DNA from: Epiperipatus broadwayi
Lineage: Eukaryota > Animalia > Onychophora
Reading direction: 5' to 3'
Length of the DNA stretch: 64,000 nt
Assembly: GCA_028023455.1 (NCBI GenBank)
Contig: JAQFVV010000003.1
Location: forward strand, 13,764,001-13,828,000
In this document: positions 51,474 to 64,000 of the stretch, one piece after another
Layout: each line of letters starts with the position of its first letter
Numbering within the stretch: the first letter of the stretch is position 1
The notes under the pieces: model-generated
What the model was told of the DNA's origin: nothing
The model's database searches: none
Seen by the model: the letters and a program-made list of their open reading frames with translations, nothing else
Program-made: the position numbers and the translations under genes

Positions 51474-54210
51474 AATATATATATATAAGTTTTTGCTGTG
51501 AAGTAACTAACCTAAAAGTTAATTTGCCAAAATTCATCAGTAGACCAGTTTTAACCAAGATTTACAAATGACAGGATTAGTGGTAGACAAAAAGTTTATT
51601 TTGCTGGCCAATATATTAGAAGTAGAATGATAGGTACAGAAACTTCAGATGATCATGATTTCAAATATCTGACTAAACAAATTGTTAAATAAGGACAAAT
51701 ACCAGCTTCTCTTTAATTTGGTAACCCAACTGTTCTTAATAACATGACTTTATAGAAATACAAATCACATATGTGCACTTACAAATTTATAAATGATCTG
51801 TTATCTGCTGATGACATTAATGCTCTTATATTTTCTAAGCACAAATTTGTATAACTGAAAATATTGTTGCTAATTTTTATTATTTCTTGAAAAGTATAAG
51901 ATTAATAATATTATTTTACTATTAAAATTGTTAGTATAATACTTTTAACTTCAATTCCATTACAAACACCTTTCTTATAAATATGTTTAATATTTTTACC
52001 CTCCCCTCTCACACACTTTGCAGAAATTTTAATACACTCACTGACTAACATTTCCTTAAGTTCAATAATTTGTATGTGATTATTAAAAGACAGGTCCATA
52101 TTATTATAATTACATGAGATAAAAGTGATAAAAGTTCCTTGATTAATAATCAGTTAAGTAAAATAAAAAAATCTGTTTGGTCAATTGAGTGAAATTGCTG
52201 TATTCAACGTATCAGTTAGATGTTCAAACAATCTATGATCTCCAACTATTATTATTATTTTTTATTATTTTGGGCTAATTAGTTTAGTAATAAAACTACC
52301 AATCCTTGAATAAATGTTGTGTACATAAAATTGTTATCTTATTATTCAAATATCTTTTTTTGAAAAGATTATAATTATAGCCAACCACAGTTTTCTGCAC
52401 TCCACACAGCGAATAGTGTGATCAAACACAATATTCAGAACTTCAGTCATATTTAAAGATGAGGTTTAGTTTGGGGGGGGGGGATTATCCATAAATTAAT
52501 CACAATAGAAAAAAAGATATATAATCAATGAGTTCTAAGACAGAACTTTTAGTATTAAATATTTATTATTCAAACACCTAATATTATAAAATAGTCTAGA
52601 GCAATATCATGGAAAAAACAACAACTAGTCAGTTGAAGGAAATTGTTGCTCAAATATGTACACTCTTGAGCAACAATATGATTATTATTTTCACACAATG
52701 AATGACAAAGACGTTCTTATCTAACAATAAATTTATCAGTTAACAAGTAATAAAAACTTGAAAATAAGATGATTGATGTTCTTATTTAGATAAATAAGAC
52801 GATATAATTAAACGTTCCATTTTTAAGTTTTCTTTACTCTTGGTGAGAAATTTAAGGTTTTTTTTTTCTTTCATGAGTTAACAGAAGCCTTGAAAAGTTA
52901 GTTTGTCCTTTTATTTTAGAAATCTTTACTCAAAATATTTTAGAATGGAATTCTTTCAAGTGAATTTATTTCTTTAGAACAAGTGCCAGAATCCAATCTC
53001 AAAGGAATAATAAAAAAAAAGAAGTCATAAAAATTCTTTTCAAAATTATTTGCAATTAGAAAAAAAAAAAGAATATTGACAAATTAAGTACTCTCAGAAC
53101 TAAGAATTAGTATATATATAAGTCAAACACACTTTCAAATTAAAAGTTAAAATGCAAATATTTTAAAATAATTTGTGCTTAACAGATCGGATTTAAGTCA
53201 TATATTCAAAGCAAAAATAAACTTTGGAGCAGTTGAAAGCAAAAAAGACATACTATTCGTAAAAATACAACTGGGCTCAGCATTAGTAAATAATCTCTGA
53301 CCATTAGTAAAGCAACATCATATTATAACAATATTTTAAAATTAGGGCAGCTACATAGATCATAGCAAGTCGATTTAATCTAGGAGTTTAATCATTAGAT
53401 AATAATAGCTATATATTCATTTACTGATCAATATAGAATGATTAGCTGAAATGATTATGGGCCTACTACTTAAGAAATAAAGTTCTAAAACTGCTTATGA
53501 CCTAAAAAATATCTAGTTCGACTGGCAATCCAAGGTCATGAATGAGGCAGATGAATATGCTAACCATTACACTTGAAACTTGTTTAAGTATTCCTGATAA
53601 TAAACACTTCTTATAGCTTGATTTCAAAAATATTAGAAGTATAATAACAAATATTCAATTTTTGCATATTTTAAACGATTCCCAAAGGATTTAGTGTAGA
53701 CTGCATAAAAATACAAGGAATGTGAAGAAATTAATGGTTTGTTATGAAAAGTTGCAATTGGTATCTTGGTTTATTACTAGACAAGGCCAAAATTAATATT
53801 GATTTTACTCAGAAAGATTATATGGACATAACATTTATATTAATAATATACTCAAATGCTTTAAATCTAGTTACTTTGTAAAGATCTGAACTGATCTGAA
53901 TCAATTCAATAATTATATATTTATATGTATAGTCAGATTAATCTGTGGTTAATATCCCCATTCTTTCAACTTAATTTTTGGCAATGCTTTCATCAACAGA
54001 ACTAACATTAGGTTACAAATATTCATTCAACAACCATCTTTTATTTCTAATATACTTTTAAGCTAACGTTTTGAAGCTATTAAAATATTCCAAGGTTAAG
54101 AACCCTAGCCAATCTGATCAATGGATATGCCACTAATTCAGCAATGATAATGATCAGTTATAATTTTGGACATATTTTAGCTTGAATAGAGTAGGTGGTT
54201 ATAGAATATA

Positions 54211-55565
54211 CACCCGGGTCTCATTTTATGCGGATTTCTTTAATGCAATTTTGAAGTTATGCAATTCATGTTTCTTCTTAATATCTTTGTATGTGGTTTT
54301 CTTTTATGCAATAAAAATTATTAGATCATAAGTCGAGCTCTGATAATGTGCTATTACTTTTAAATATTATAAATTTCGCGCACTCACACATCATATTTAA
54401 AGTAATAGCGCATTATCGGAGTTCGACTTCCATCTAATAATTTCAATATTCACAGCACTTTATAATAGTACTGTAATAAATTTTATGCAATAAAGAAGTT
54501 CATAATTCATTTAAAGTCTGGATTCCCCCATTTTATATACACACATTAAGTTTTACAAGATTATAATGTAAATCTGTTCAAATGTTATAGTTTCCTATAC
54601 TATGCATGCTGTTGTTTTTGCATTTTAAATCACATTCTATTTTTGCTTTTTAAAAAAAGAGTACATAATCAATTAATCATTTAGTGTCCATAAGTTTATT
54701 TTTAAAAGGTGAGTAATAGCAGCGGGCACAATTAAATTTACAATTACAAATTAAACACTGATTTTTAATTATAATTAACTATTTAAAAATTACGTAATGT
54801 GATCTGAAATAAACGTGATGTGAAATAATGAAATTTGATTTTTAACCGGAATTGAAAATTAAAAAATTAAAGCCAAAAATAAGAATTTAATTTTTAATTG
54901 TTAGTTTTAATTAAATTTTGCCCAACAGTAGTGAGTAGGTGTCTTTTTATTATCACAAGTCTAAGTTCTTATTTTTATTTTAAACTTTTAGTTTACCCTA
55001 ATGGAGAGGGAAAAACACCGAAGAAAATAAATTTCTTTGGAAATAAAAATTTCAATTTTAGATTGCTTAGTGAAATGGGAAGGATCAACAGCGATTGGAA
55101 AACATTTTAGTTTGGGCAAGTCCACTATAAGAGCAATTAAAAAAATGAAGTTGGCACTCTTGTGACGAATATGATGTCTTACCAATTCACAAATGAACCT
55201 GCATATCGTCAAATAGCGATAATAATTAAAATACTGTACATGTATGAAAAAATATAAAATATTGTAAATTACTCATAAAAATATATTATTTTGAATAAAA
55301 TTAAATACTGTAGTTCATAAAAAAAAGGTAAAAAAAGTTTGTTTTGTATCAATTTTTTTCAAATTTGAAACTTTTTATTAGTCATATTTTATTTCCTTAT
55401 TTTTTTTTTTAATGAAAATTTTAAAATAATTTCACGTTGTTGCTTTGCTTTTATGCGATTTTTGAAAATTACAGTACATATCCCCCATTTTTCAAGGTAA
55501 ATTAAGTCTATTTTTGTGTGCATTTTCTGAGGAACCTATCTAAAACATAAAATAACACCCAGGTG
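54211..55565 (+). mobile_element. Tigger/pogo internally deleted DNA transposon
   Basis: TA-flanked TIRs cacccgggtctcattttatg / cataaaataacacccaggtg. From 55001: MEREKHRRK*ISLEIKISILDCLVKWEGSTAIGKHFSLGKSTIRAIKKNE, a CENP-B-type HTH. Confidence 0.9.
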
Positions 55566-57550
55566 TATACTTAATAAGATGCTTCATACTTAATATCAAC
55601 AGGCAGAAACTATTCTAGAAATCTGATAATGCCATCTGGTGCTCATTCATTGATCACATTTATATAAACAAACATAGATTACTGCTATCAAGTCATCTTT
55701 TTCTGTCCAGAGATTGTAGGATACATTATATTTATGGTAAATGTATGAATGCATTCATAAGGAGCATTTTATATTGGAATATATTTTATCAATACTTCTG
55801 AGTAACTTTTTTTCTCACTGAAAATTCATAATGAAATATTTGAAACATCATCATTAAAATTAATATTAAAGCTTTCTTTATCAATGATCCATTATCAGCT
55901 AAAAACAGCTGATCTCAAATTGATGCTACATATTCATTATGTAATATGAAAATGAAATGGTTATTCTTTTTTTTTATTTTGAATACACTGCTAATATTAA
56001 GCAAATACAAGAGTATTATCACATTTTCTAATATTCTTTTGATATGTTTTAATAAACATCACAGAGAGAAGGAGCACTTTCTATTAGAGTCACAGCATTC
56101 ATTATTTTGATATTGTGATTTCTAAGATGTTATTTTACATTCAATCACACTTACCATAAATTTCTTTCCGTTTTTAACATAATATCAATAAAATAAAAAT
56201 TATAGTTAAAGCTTTTCCTCTATATCTCATATTTATGCAACCACTTGGATGGAGCCTTTTTATCAATACTTGCAAATTTATAAACAAAAAGTGATTTTAT
56301 TAAATCTAATCATTATTATTTTATTTTTGTATGCTACTAATTCATAATTAAAGATCTTTTAATTTATTCTTAGCTGGAGATTGGTTTTATTCATCTCATT
56401 ACTATTTCCCTAATATATAAAGTTTTAAAAATTATTTATATTGAATAAACCGGACACACACATTTATATTTATAATACCATTAATAATAAAATTCTGCTT
56501 TAAAATATATAAAATTTTTAATAATTTAATAGTTGCTGTGGGACGTTTTTAGAGATATGGGGAAACAGAAATCTCCGAAAACTGATGAAGATACTAAGTA
56601 ATAAATTTGATGCTTACTTTTGGAAAATAATGTTGTTTTGCAGATATCAGTTAAACAATAGTCTGCAAAAATACATTATTTCTTGTATAAATTTGATGCC
56701 TAGTTTTGAATTAAGACGTTCTGTAGATTTTGGTGAAACAATGACCAGAAAGAAATAGTCAACCCCCCCTCCCATCTAGTATTTTAAAAAGTAGTCTCTA
56801 ATATTTGTTCATTAAAATTGTTTAATTTTTTAAAAACTACTTAGGATATTATTTTGAGAAATTATTGTGACTTCATTTGCTTGCAAGAAAAAAAAACCTA
56901 CACATAACCCTTATTACCCACTTTTCTTTAGGCTTCATTTTAGACGAAAACAAAACCATTCGTTGCATTTAAAGTGTCAATCTTTTTTTTTTTTGCCATC
57001 TCTTCAACGTAATATTGTTTCGATTGAAACAGACACACACCATTTATTATTTTTACTTCATTTTGGTCAAGAAATTGATAGTTTTCAGTTGGTTTTATTT
57101 TACCCCCCCTCCCCAGACACACAAACTGCAATCTCATAAAAAAAAATATATTATCAATCCTTAGTAATCATCACCTATGTAAGTGCATAAAAAACCTAGC
57201 AGACACTTGATCTGAAAGCAGCACTAAAACTAAAAAAAAAAAACTTGCATAAACTAACAAAATCTAGAAGATAATTGTGTGCCATGCCGCCTTTATTTGA
57301 CAATTTTTATAATATCTCTCTACACAATCTTAGCAAACAGTTTTAAATAAAAGACTGATCCAAACTTTCTTGCCTGAAGAATATGCACTATTGTTTTTAG
57401 CCTATTATATAGATAAATATGTTATGCCATTGTTGTCTTCACATTCATTCATATTAATATCCAGCTTGCCAAATTTGACAATTCCGAACCATATACTAAT
57501 TGTGATGTAATTAATAAAAAATATGTTTATCATTTATATAAGGGGTAATA

Positions 57551-58222
57551 CTGTATTACGCAGTAAATAAGACAGGGTCTTTTATTAATTTTTGCTGTAA
57601 AAGATGGCTTAGGGCTTATTTTCATGTACAAAAATATACATTTATTCAATATTAGTAAGTTCAATAGCACATAACTTTCACTACTACTTGAACATGTAAT
57701 GTTTAGGATTATAATCTTATCATAGAACATTCTTGTACAATATGAGAATATTGAAAGTTATTTACGTTCTGTTAAATTAGTAATATTTAATTTAAACTAA
57801 AATATGAAATGTTAAGCTGGCTTAATTAATTTTTGAACTAAGATCACCGTTAATACTAAGCTTCAGCCTTTTCGGATATCAATATTGGTTTATTTACAAT
57901 ATATACAGTTGGAGATCAGACCGAATGAATGAGAATTGATAAATGAAAAGTAAAATTGTATTTGCAAGTTTATTAAAATGATTAGTTATGATGAATCTGT
58001 CTACAAAATAATTCTTAGTAACATTTATGCAAGTACAAAAATCTACATTTAAATCTATTTATACATTCATTACTTTATAATTCAATATATCCATCATGTG
58101 TTCCAACGAGCTGACAATCTTAACTAGGGCTTTTATTTGGGGTAAGGTTTACATTATCAACATCCTAAAAAATCATGTTAGGGCTTATTTTCTGGTTAGA
58201 TCTTATTTTCAGAGAAACACAG
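57551..58222. mobile_element. Tc2/pogo-like MITE
   Basis: TA|ctgtattacgcagtaaataagac...tcttattttcagagaaacacag|TA, with subterminal tagggcttattttc repeats at both ends. Confidence 0.75.
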
Positions 58223-59399
58223 TAGCATTCCTTTTAATGCAGATTGATTTAATTAATAATAATGATGATGGTTATAGATTAGATTTGACAAAAATGATAT
58301 GCATCAAAAATCTGGCTAACAACTTTAAAAATTTAGTAGTGTACATATGTTCATGTGAAATTTATGCATACACACATCAAATAAACCAATCTTAAATAAT
58401 TTAGTTTTGGGCAAAGATCTCTTCATCATATTTCATTAGAGAATAAAAAAGAGAAGACAATGATCATCAGGCTAATAAATTGTTAACTGATAAGTTTTTT
58501 TTTTTCTCTTTCTAAGCTCTAATAATAGCTAGAGATTCATTTATAGATGTTAACTATGGATTATATATGTAATTAGGACTCCACATGTAAATAGTAATTA
58601 TTAAACGAGTATTTGTAGGTATATATTGCTAGACATATCACAGAATAGAATGATTCAAAGTTAAAAATGGATGGTGTTAAAAAATCAGATCCTTCTTCAA
58701 CTACTATATAGGAAATTTGAGAAGTAACTACTAATCATGCTAAATATCAATAGCTGTTAAACATTAAAATTATCAATTAGTATTTTCATGCGAATTATGA
58801 CAATGAGACAGAAAATTCTTTTAAGAAATGTGCTGACATGAATAAATTTGTTTTTGGTTTTACAATTGTTAGAACTTTCTGATTAGTTTTCTGATAATGA
58901 TTGCATTATAAGTGACTTGATTAACAAAAAACAAAACATTCTCTGCTTGACAAAATAAATTAAACATGGAGCTTTGTAGACAATATAGAGATTTGAAGAC
59001 AGAAGTTCAACAATTGACAAAAAAATATATCTTAAGAATGATTATTGATATAGCCATTATGATATCATAATCCTATTAAATCAGCAGATGATACTCATAT
59101 GATCATGATAATATTTTGAAACAAAAAAAACTTAATCAATACATTCTGTTGATTCTTTAAATTTATACAGATATATCTTATTTAAAATTAAAGCGCTAAT
59201 TTATAACCTTAAAAAAAGTTGTAGGTTCTTACGGTATTTTTGGTGAAGTTTTTTTTTATTTTTAGGGCTATATGGAGTCATGAAATTATGCCAGATAATC
59301 TTAAGAATGCTTCTAGTATTCTATTTTTTATTGAAGTATTAAAAAACCTTTCCACTTCTTCTCCTTATTTGCATTGATTAATTATACATATATAATATA

Positions 59400-60390
59400 C
59401 TATATACTCATTAATAAACACTTTACAATGCAATTTCAACATATGATTTATTTCTTCTTGCTTAGTTTCAATTGTCCTGCAGTCATCATCAGAGCTACAA
59501 CATTTAAACATATACAATTAATATCTTAGAAATGACTATGTAGGTGAAACAAAAAAACTCAATTTATACCAGATTAAAGCCAATATAAGTATGGTAAAAG
59601 ATCACCTGTTTATTTACATTCATTGGAGACAGGACATAAATTTGAAAAAGGAAGTATAAAAAGGGATGGAAGAGATAGAAAGATTAAAGAAGCTATACCC
59701 CTTAGAAATATTAGGTCATCTCTTAATAAAGATTTGGGTTTGAACACATTGATTTTATAGAAATATATATTTTTTTTGATAAATACGTTATATATAAGAT
59801 ATAGTTTCAAAAAGGTGTCCATAGAGAATGAAAGGGTGATGAGATAAAATTTAAAATTTATTTCAGTTAGGAAAATGGTGTAGGTAGTGAAGTTTAAAAG
59901 AGGTAAGGTTAATTAAAAATTAAAAAGAAGTAGAATTATATAAATATTATGTTAATATTGTTAATAAATACATGTATAGTATATAGAATAATTAAAATAG
60001 AAGAAATAAATAGGATTACTGACCAATTTTGGAAATAATGGGGATATAAAATATAAAGAATAAATGTTTAATTTTTTGAGTAAAATTTTTTATGTAAAGG
60101 AAATTAATTGATTATAAATATAGAATAAAAGAATATTAGTATTTTTTAAAATATTACAAATCCATAGTTTAAAATGTCATTTATGTTTTTTTATTTATGT
60201 GTGTATACATTTATACATGTATATATTGGTATATATATATATATATGTATGGTTAGGTATTAATTGTATATGTTTAAATATTGTAGTTCTGATGATGACT
60301 GCAGGGCAGTTGAAACTGTAAGCAAGAAAAAATAAATCATATCTTGAAATTGCATCGTAAAGTGTTTATTAAGGAGTATATGGTATATTC
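59400..60390 (+). mobile_element. 5'-truncated Penelope-like element with inverted pLTR and HHR (family E)
   Basis: YVGETK (~59537), HSLETGHKF and RKIKEAI (GIY-YIG). 59400-59523 is inverted with respect to 60257-60385. CTGATGA-t-gactgc-agg-gcagtt-GAAAC-t-GTA at 60289-60320. Confidence 0.88.
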
Positions 60391-61153
60391 TATTTTTTAA
60401 AGATAAAGAATATTAGAAAAAATGCAGTTTTTATCATGAAAAAAAATCATTATTATTCATTCCAGCAAATAAATAAATAAAAATTATTGATTAGGCTGCT
60501 CTTTCAATCTCAGATGCAGGTTTGAGATTCAATAAGAATTTAAAGAATCAAGGTTTATGGATATAGTTTTCATTGCTAGGCAAATACAAAAAAGTGAGAA
60601 ATGATTTATAAATTGCTTGTCAAAACATTTATTTGATTCAGTTAATTGATGATTGTGATAATGTTTGAAAATAGATTGTTGTCCAATGCTGTATGTTGAC
60701 ACAAGAATAAATATTATTACTTTTGCTGAAAGATTTGAAGCATTTCAAATAACATTTAGTATTAAACAAGAATAAGACAAAACATAAATCTGTTTCCCAT
60801 ATTTAAGTCAGTGGTTTTTCTAACAATTTAATGTTTAACTTTCTGAAGCAGATGACAAGATGTGATATAGGATTTTATGGTGGAATTTTTAATCTGAAGT
60901 GAAAAAAGCAAAAACTTTATAGCATTAATCAAATACAATTTAATAAATTATCAGCCAGTGATGGAGGTAAAAAAATCTTCAGAACTTTTTGTCTCAGATA
61001 ATTGAGAATGTGGATCTGTTTAAATATTTTGATAGCTTTTTAGATAAAAACTGGACTTGAATGTTGAGGTGCAATATAGTCGTTAAGGTGTTACTGTTAC
61101 TTTTAACAAATTAAAGCTAAAGAAAGTATTTTATTATAACGATATAATTATTT

Positions 61154-63061
61154 GGTAATAGTATGAATACCGAACCCTACCGCTTGATGGTGTTATTTTT
61201 CACACAATGCACATCAATATACCATTTTAGTGGCCTAACTTACAGTTAACACTACAACAGTGTTTTTTAGAGTATTAACAGGCCACCTAGAGGATGATGT
61301 ATCCTACGATTACATAACAAAATACTACGCCCATTGACTTGTGATAGTATTTCTCAAGTGAGCGCAATTCAACTCTTGCTATGGTCTGATTTGATGGCAG
61401 CTGTATTTGCAGGAGGCGAAATTATCAAAAAATTCATTGTGGAAAAATTTTGAGAAAGCGTAGTGGATTTAGGCCATCATGCACGCTTCCCAATGATTTT
61501 GAACTGCACTCAACCTGAAAAGGTTAGGGTTTTCGGCAGAATTCTGCCAAATTCATGAGCAAATGCAAATTTATGCATGAGTCTGTGCAAGACCAGTAAA
61601 ATGTCAGCATGGCAACTGTTCAAAATTGGTTGAAGGGGAGTGAATTGCCAGCCACAGAAATTGATGCTGTTATGTTTTTCCAGAAAGAGAACAAACATCC
61701 TGCCAGATGTGAAGCTATGCGTTTACGGGAGGAGCATGGTTTTAGTCAACTATAGGATCTTGGGAAATTCCGCTGCCACTCCTACAAGCATACCTGGGGT
61801 CTGTGTAAGGGAAGTTGGTTGGACGGCTCCAAAATCCCATTACTTACAGCTTTGAGAGTCATCTCCTATTGGAGTCAAACAAACTGTAACTCCCCCAAAA
61901 TGTTTTTTAAAAACGAACTGTTTAATTAAGGTTTTTTGAAAAAGGCAAAAAATAAAGGAAGAACTTTTTGCTATCATATAAAAGTTTTGGTAGTGTAAAC
62001 ATTTTTTTTAAAAAAAAACCTCGCAATAAGAAAATAAAAGACGATAATTAAAAATCAAACCACTCTCTAAAAACCAACTGTTGGTTTATTAAAAATGAAT
62101 TGATTAATAAGGCTTTCCAACAAAAAAAAAAAAGCTCAAAATCAATAAAAAGCTGATAATATAAAAGCAAACCAACCATCCTCCAATAATTCGTATATTT
62201 TGTTATATCTCTTTATATGTATTCTATATTCAAACACATATAAAATTAATATGCGAAGTTTCCAGTATATCGGCAAAAGATACTAAAAGACGAGAATTAA
62301 AATTCAAACCAACCCCCCTCCACCCTCTAAAAACCAACTGTTAGTTTATTAATTAAAACTGTATTGTTTAAGGCTTTAAAAAAGAAGTTCAAAATCCAAA
62401 AAAAAAGGGCGATAATTTAAAAGCAACCATCTAAAAACAAAGTGGTGTTTGTTTATTAAAAAGGCAAAAAAAAAAAAACCATATGAGTTTTATGTATAGA
62501 AAGGGGTAAACCAAAAAATTTTTTTACTGTAGTATTATGTAAAAAAACCGATAATTCAAAATCAAAAAAAAAAAAAAAATCTTAAAATCAAAAAAAAAAA
62601 AAAATCGATAATTTAAAAGCAAACCGCCCATCACCACCCCCTACACCATATAAAAATAAAGTGTTTGTTTATTAAAAACATAAAGAAATACCCATACGAG
62701 TTTTATGTATAGAAAGTGAAAAAATAAATAAATTTTGTACCGTAGTATTATGTAAAGAAACCAATGGCCCGTGAATCGGTATATTGATGTGCATTGGGCA
62801 AAAAAGAGGATAAAAAAAAATCGATAATTTAAAAGCAAACTAACCACCACCGCCCCCTACACCAATAAAAACAAAGTGTTTGTTTATTAAAAACGTAAAA
62901 AAAAAACCCATATGAGTTTTATGTATAGAAAGTGAAAAAAAAAATTTTTTGTACCGTAGTATTCTGTAAAGAAACCAACGGCCCGTGCATCGGTATATTG
63001 ATATGCATTGGGCAAAAAAGAACACCATCAAATGGTAGGGCTCAGTATTCATACTATTAGC
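61154..63061 (+). mobile_element. Merlin (IS1016-like) internally deleted transposon
   Basis: ~41-bp TIR starting GGTAATAGTATGAATAC and an 8-bp TSD aattattt (61146-53, 63062-69). ~61640-61880 reads RCEAMRL..DLGKFRCHSYKHTWGLCKGSWLDGSKIPLLTALRVISYWS, like a Merlin transposase N-terminus. Confidence 0.82.
62040..63020. repeat. Imperfect tandem repeats inside the Merlin element
   Basis: Recurring gataattt(a)aaagcaaac..tgtttattaaaa and gagttttatgtatagaaag units of ~100-220 bp. Confidence 0.85.
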
Positions 63062-64000
63062 AATTATTTTAACTAAGTACACTAAGGTGTTACTGTTACT
63101 TTTAACAAATTAAAGCTAAAGAAGGTATTTTATTACAACAATATAATTATTATAAGTAGATTATTAAGCATTATTCTTCTAAATTTCTTGTACAAAAATA
63201 AAGCATGGAGCACACATTGATAAAATACATTGGACTGGAAATGCTTTTTAACCATCAGTTTACAAGAAAAATGAACTAAAATTGTACAAGAACATCTTCA
63301 TTTAATGAGCAAGTGGAATATTTGAAGATAATGAGATTTCTAATTAAAATTTTAGGAACACAGTTTTTGTGGGAGACATAAAGATAAAATACTGCACAAT
63401 TCAATATTGATTGAGAAGATATAACTGTGAAAAGAACGATAACAGGCAATATGCTAAAGTTTTTCAGAAAGACAAGTATTTCTCAAAAGGATTTAAAAGA
63501 CAACATTGCAAAAGGTAAATAAAGGATCAGTGTGTGATATAGGAAAACAATGTATGGTTCACATATTCATTTGTTTAATCAATGCCAAGGTCATTTTTAA
63601 CTTTTGGTTCATCTTTGAATATCTAGTTCTTTATAAGATTTTAATTGGCCAAATTCATTTATAGTTGGTTGCTAATAATAATAGAATAATTGAATAGTCA
63701 GTTGCGTAAAAGTCAACTAACATTTGAGCATAGTTGTGAAAGGTTGACTTTCAATTTGAAAACTTTCAACTTTCAAATCCATCATTCTACCACTCCCACA
63801 AATCAACACATAACTGTGCTAATGCTGAAATGTGGATTAGATACATAACTGAGTTGGCTTTCTGAAAGAAATCTAAACTTGCTAAGTTCATTTACTAAAA
63901 AGTATTTTCAAATTGTAGCTGGATTCAAACTCATACTACGGGCATGTAGATGAATAAGCTATTTTGAGATCTATCTTCTTATACATACACACATATATAT

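Larger units (their letters stand above)
61084..63146. repeat. ~65-bp direct duplication flanking the Merlin insertion
   Basis: taaggtgttactgttacttttaacaaattaaagctaaagaa occurs at 61084 and 63083. Confidence 0.85.

Noticed and set aside
53515-53580. tRNA-like SINE heads here and at ~19620-19690
   Set aside because: Only A-box-like traces remain; too decayed to call.
56607-56651. Minus-strand micro-exon containing QHY before a GTAAGC donor as the upstream POC1 exon
   Set aside because: The phase is wrong and the WDIR..KLL context is missing.
640-63082. Remaining short six-frame ORFs (F/L/I/K-rich)
   Set aside because: Expected by chance in very AT-rich DNA or antisense to TE frames. No prokaryote-style genes or CRISPR arrays are present.

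Overview
This is a very AT-rich metazoan (probably arthropod-type) genomic window with strong CpG decay; the host species cannot be determined from the sequence. Only one recognisable host coding exon was found: an internal WD40 exon of POC1 (centriolar protein) at 46348-46481 on the minus strand. Its neighbouring exons were not found, so most of the window is probably POC1 intron. The rest is mostly decayed transposons: Penelope-like elements (PLEs), RTE LINEs, Ty3/Gypsy, Tigger/pogo, a Tc2/pogo-like MITE, hAT, Merlin, piggyBac and mariner remnants, and a tRNA-Gly-derived SINE. The most striking pattern is at least five distinct repeat families carrying minimal type-I hammerhead ribozyme (HHR) motifs with a palindromic helix III, mostly inserted as fold-back (inverted 3'-end) structures. 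Two stand out: a non-coding, circularly permuted ~451-bp HHR family (5 copies, retrozyme-like) and an element in which a tRNA-derived Pol III promoter precedes an HHR (candidate Penelope-dependent SINE). A chain of plus-strand exon-like segments at ~24-32 kb suggests a nested transcript antisense to POC1. All assignments are from manual reading and translation; no searches were run.
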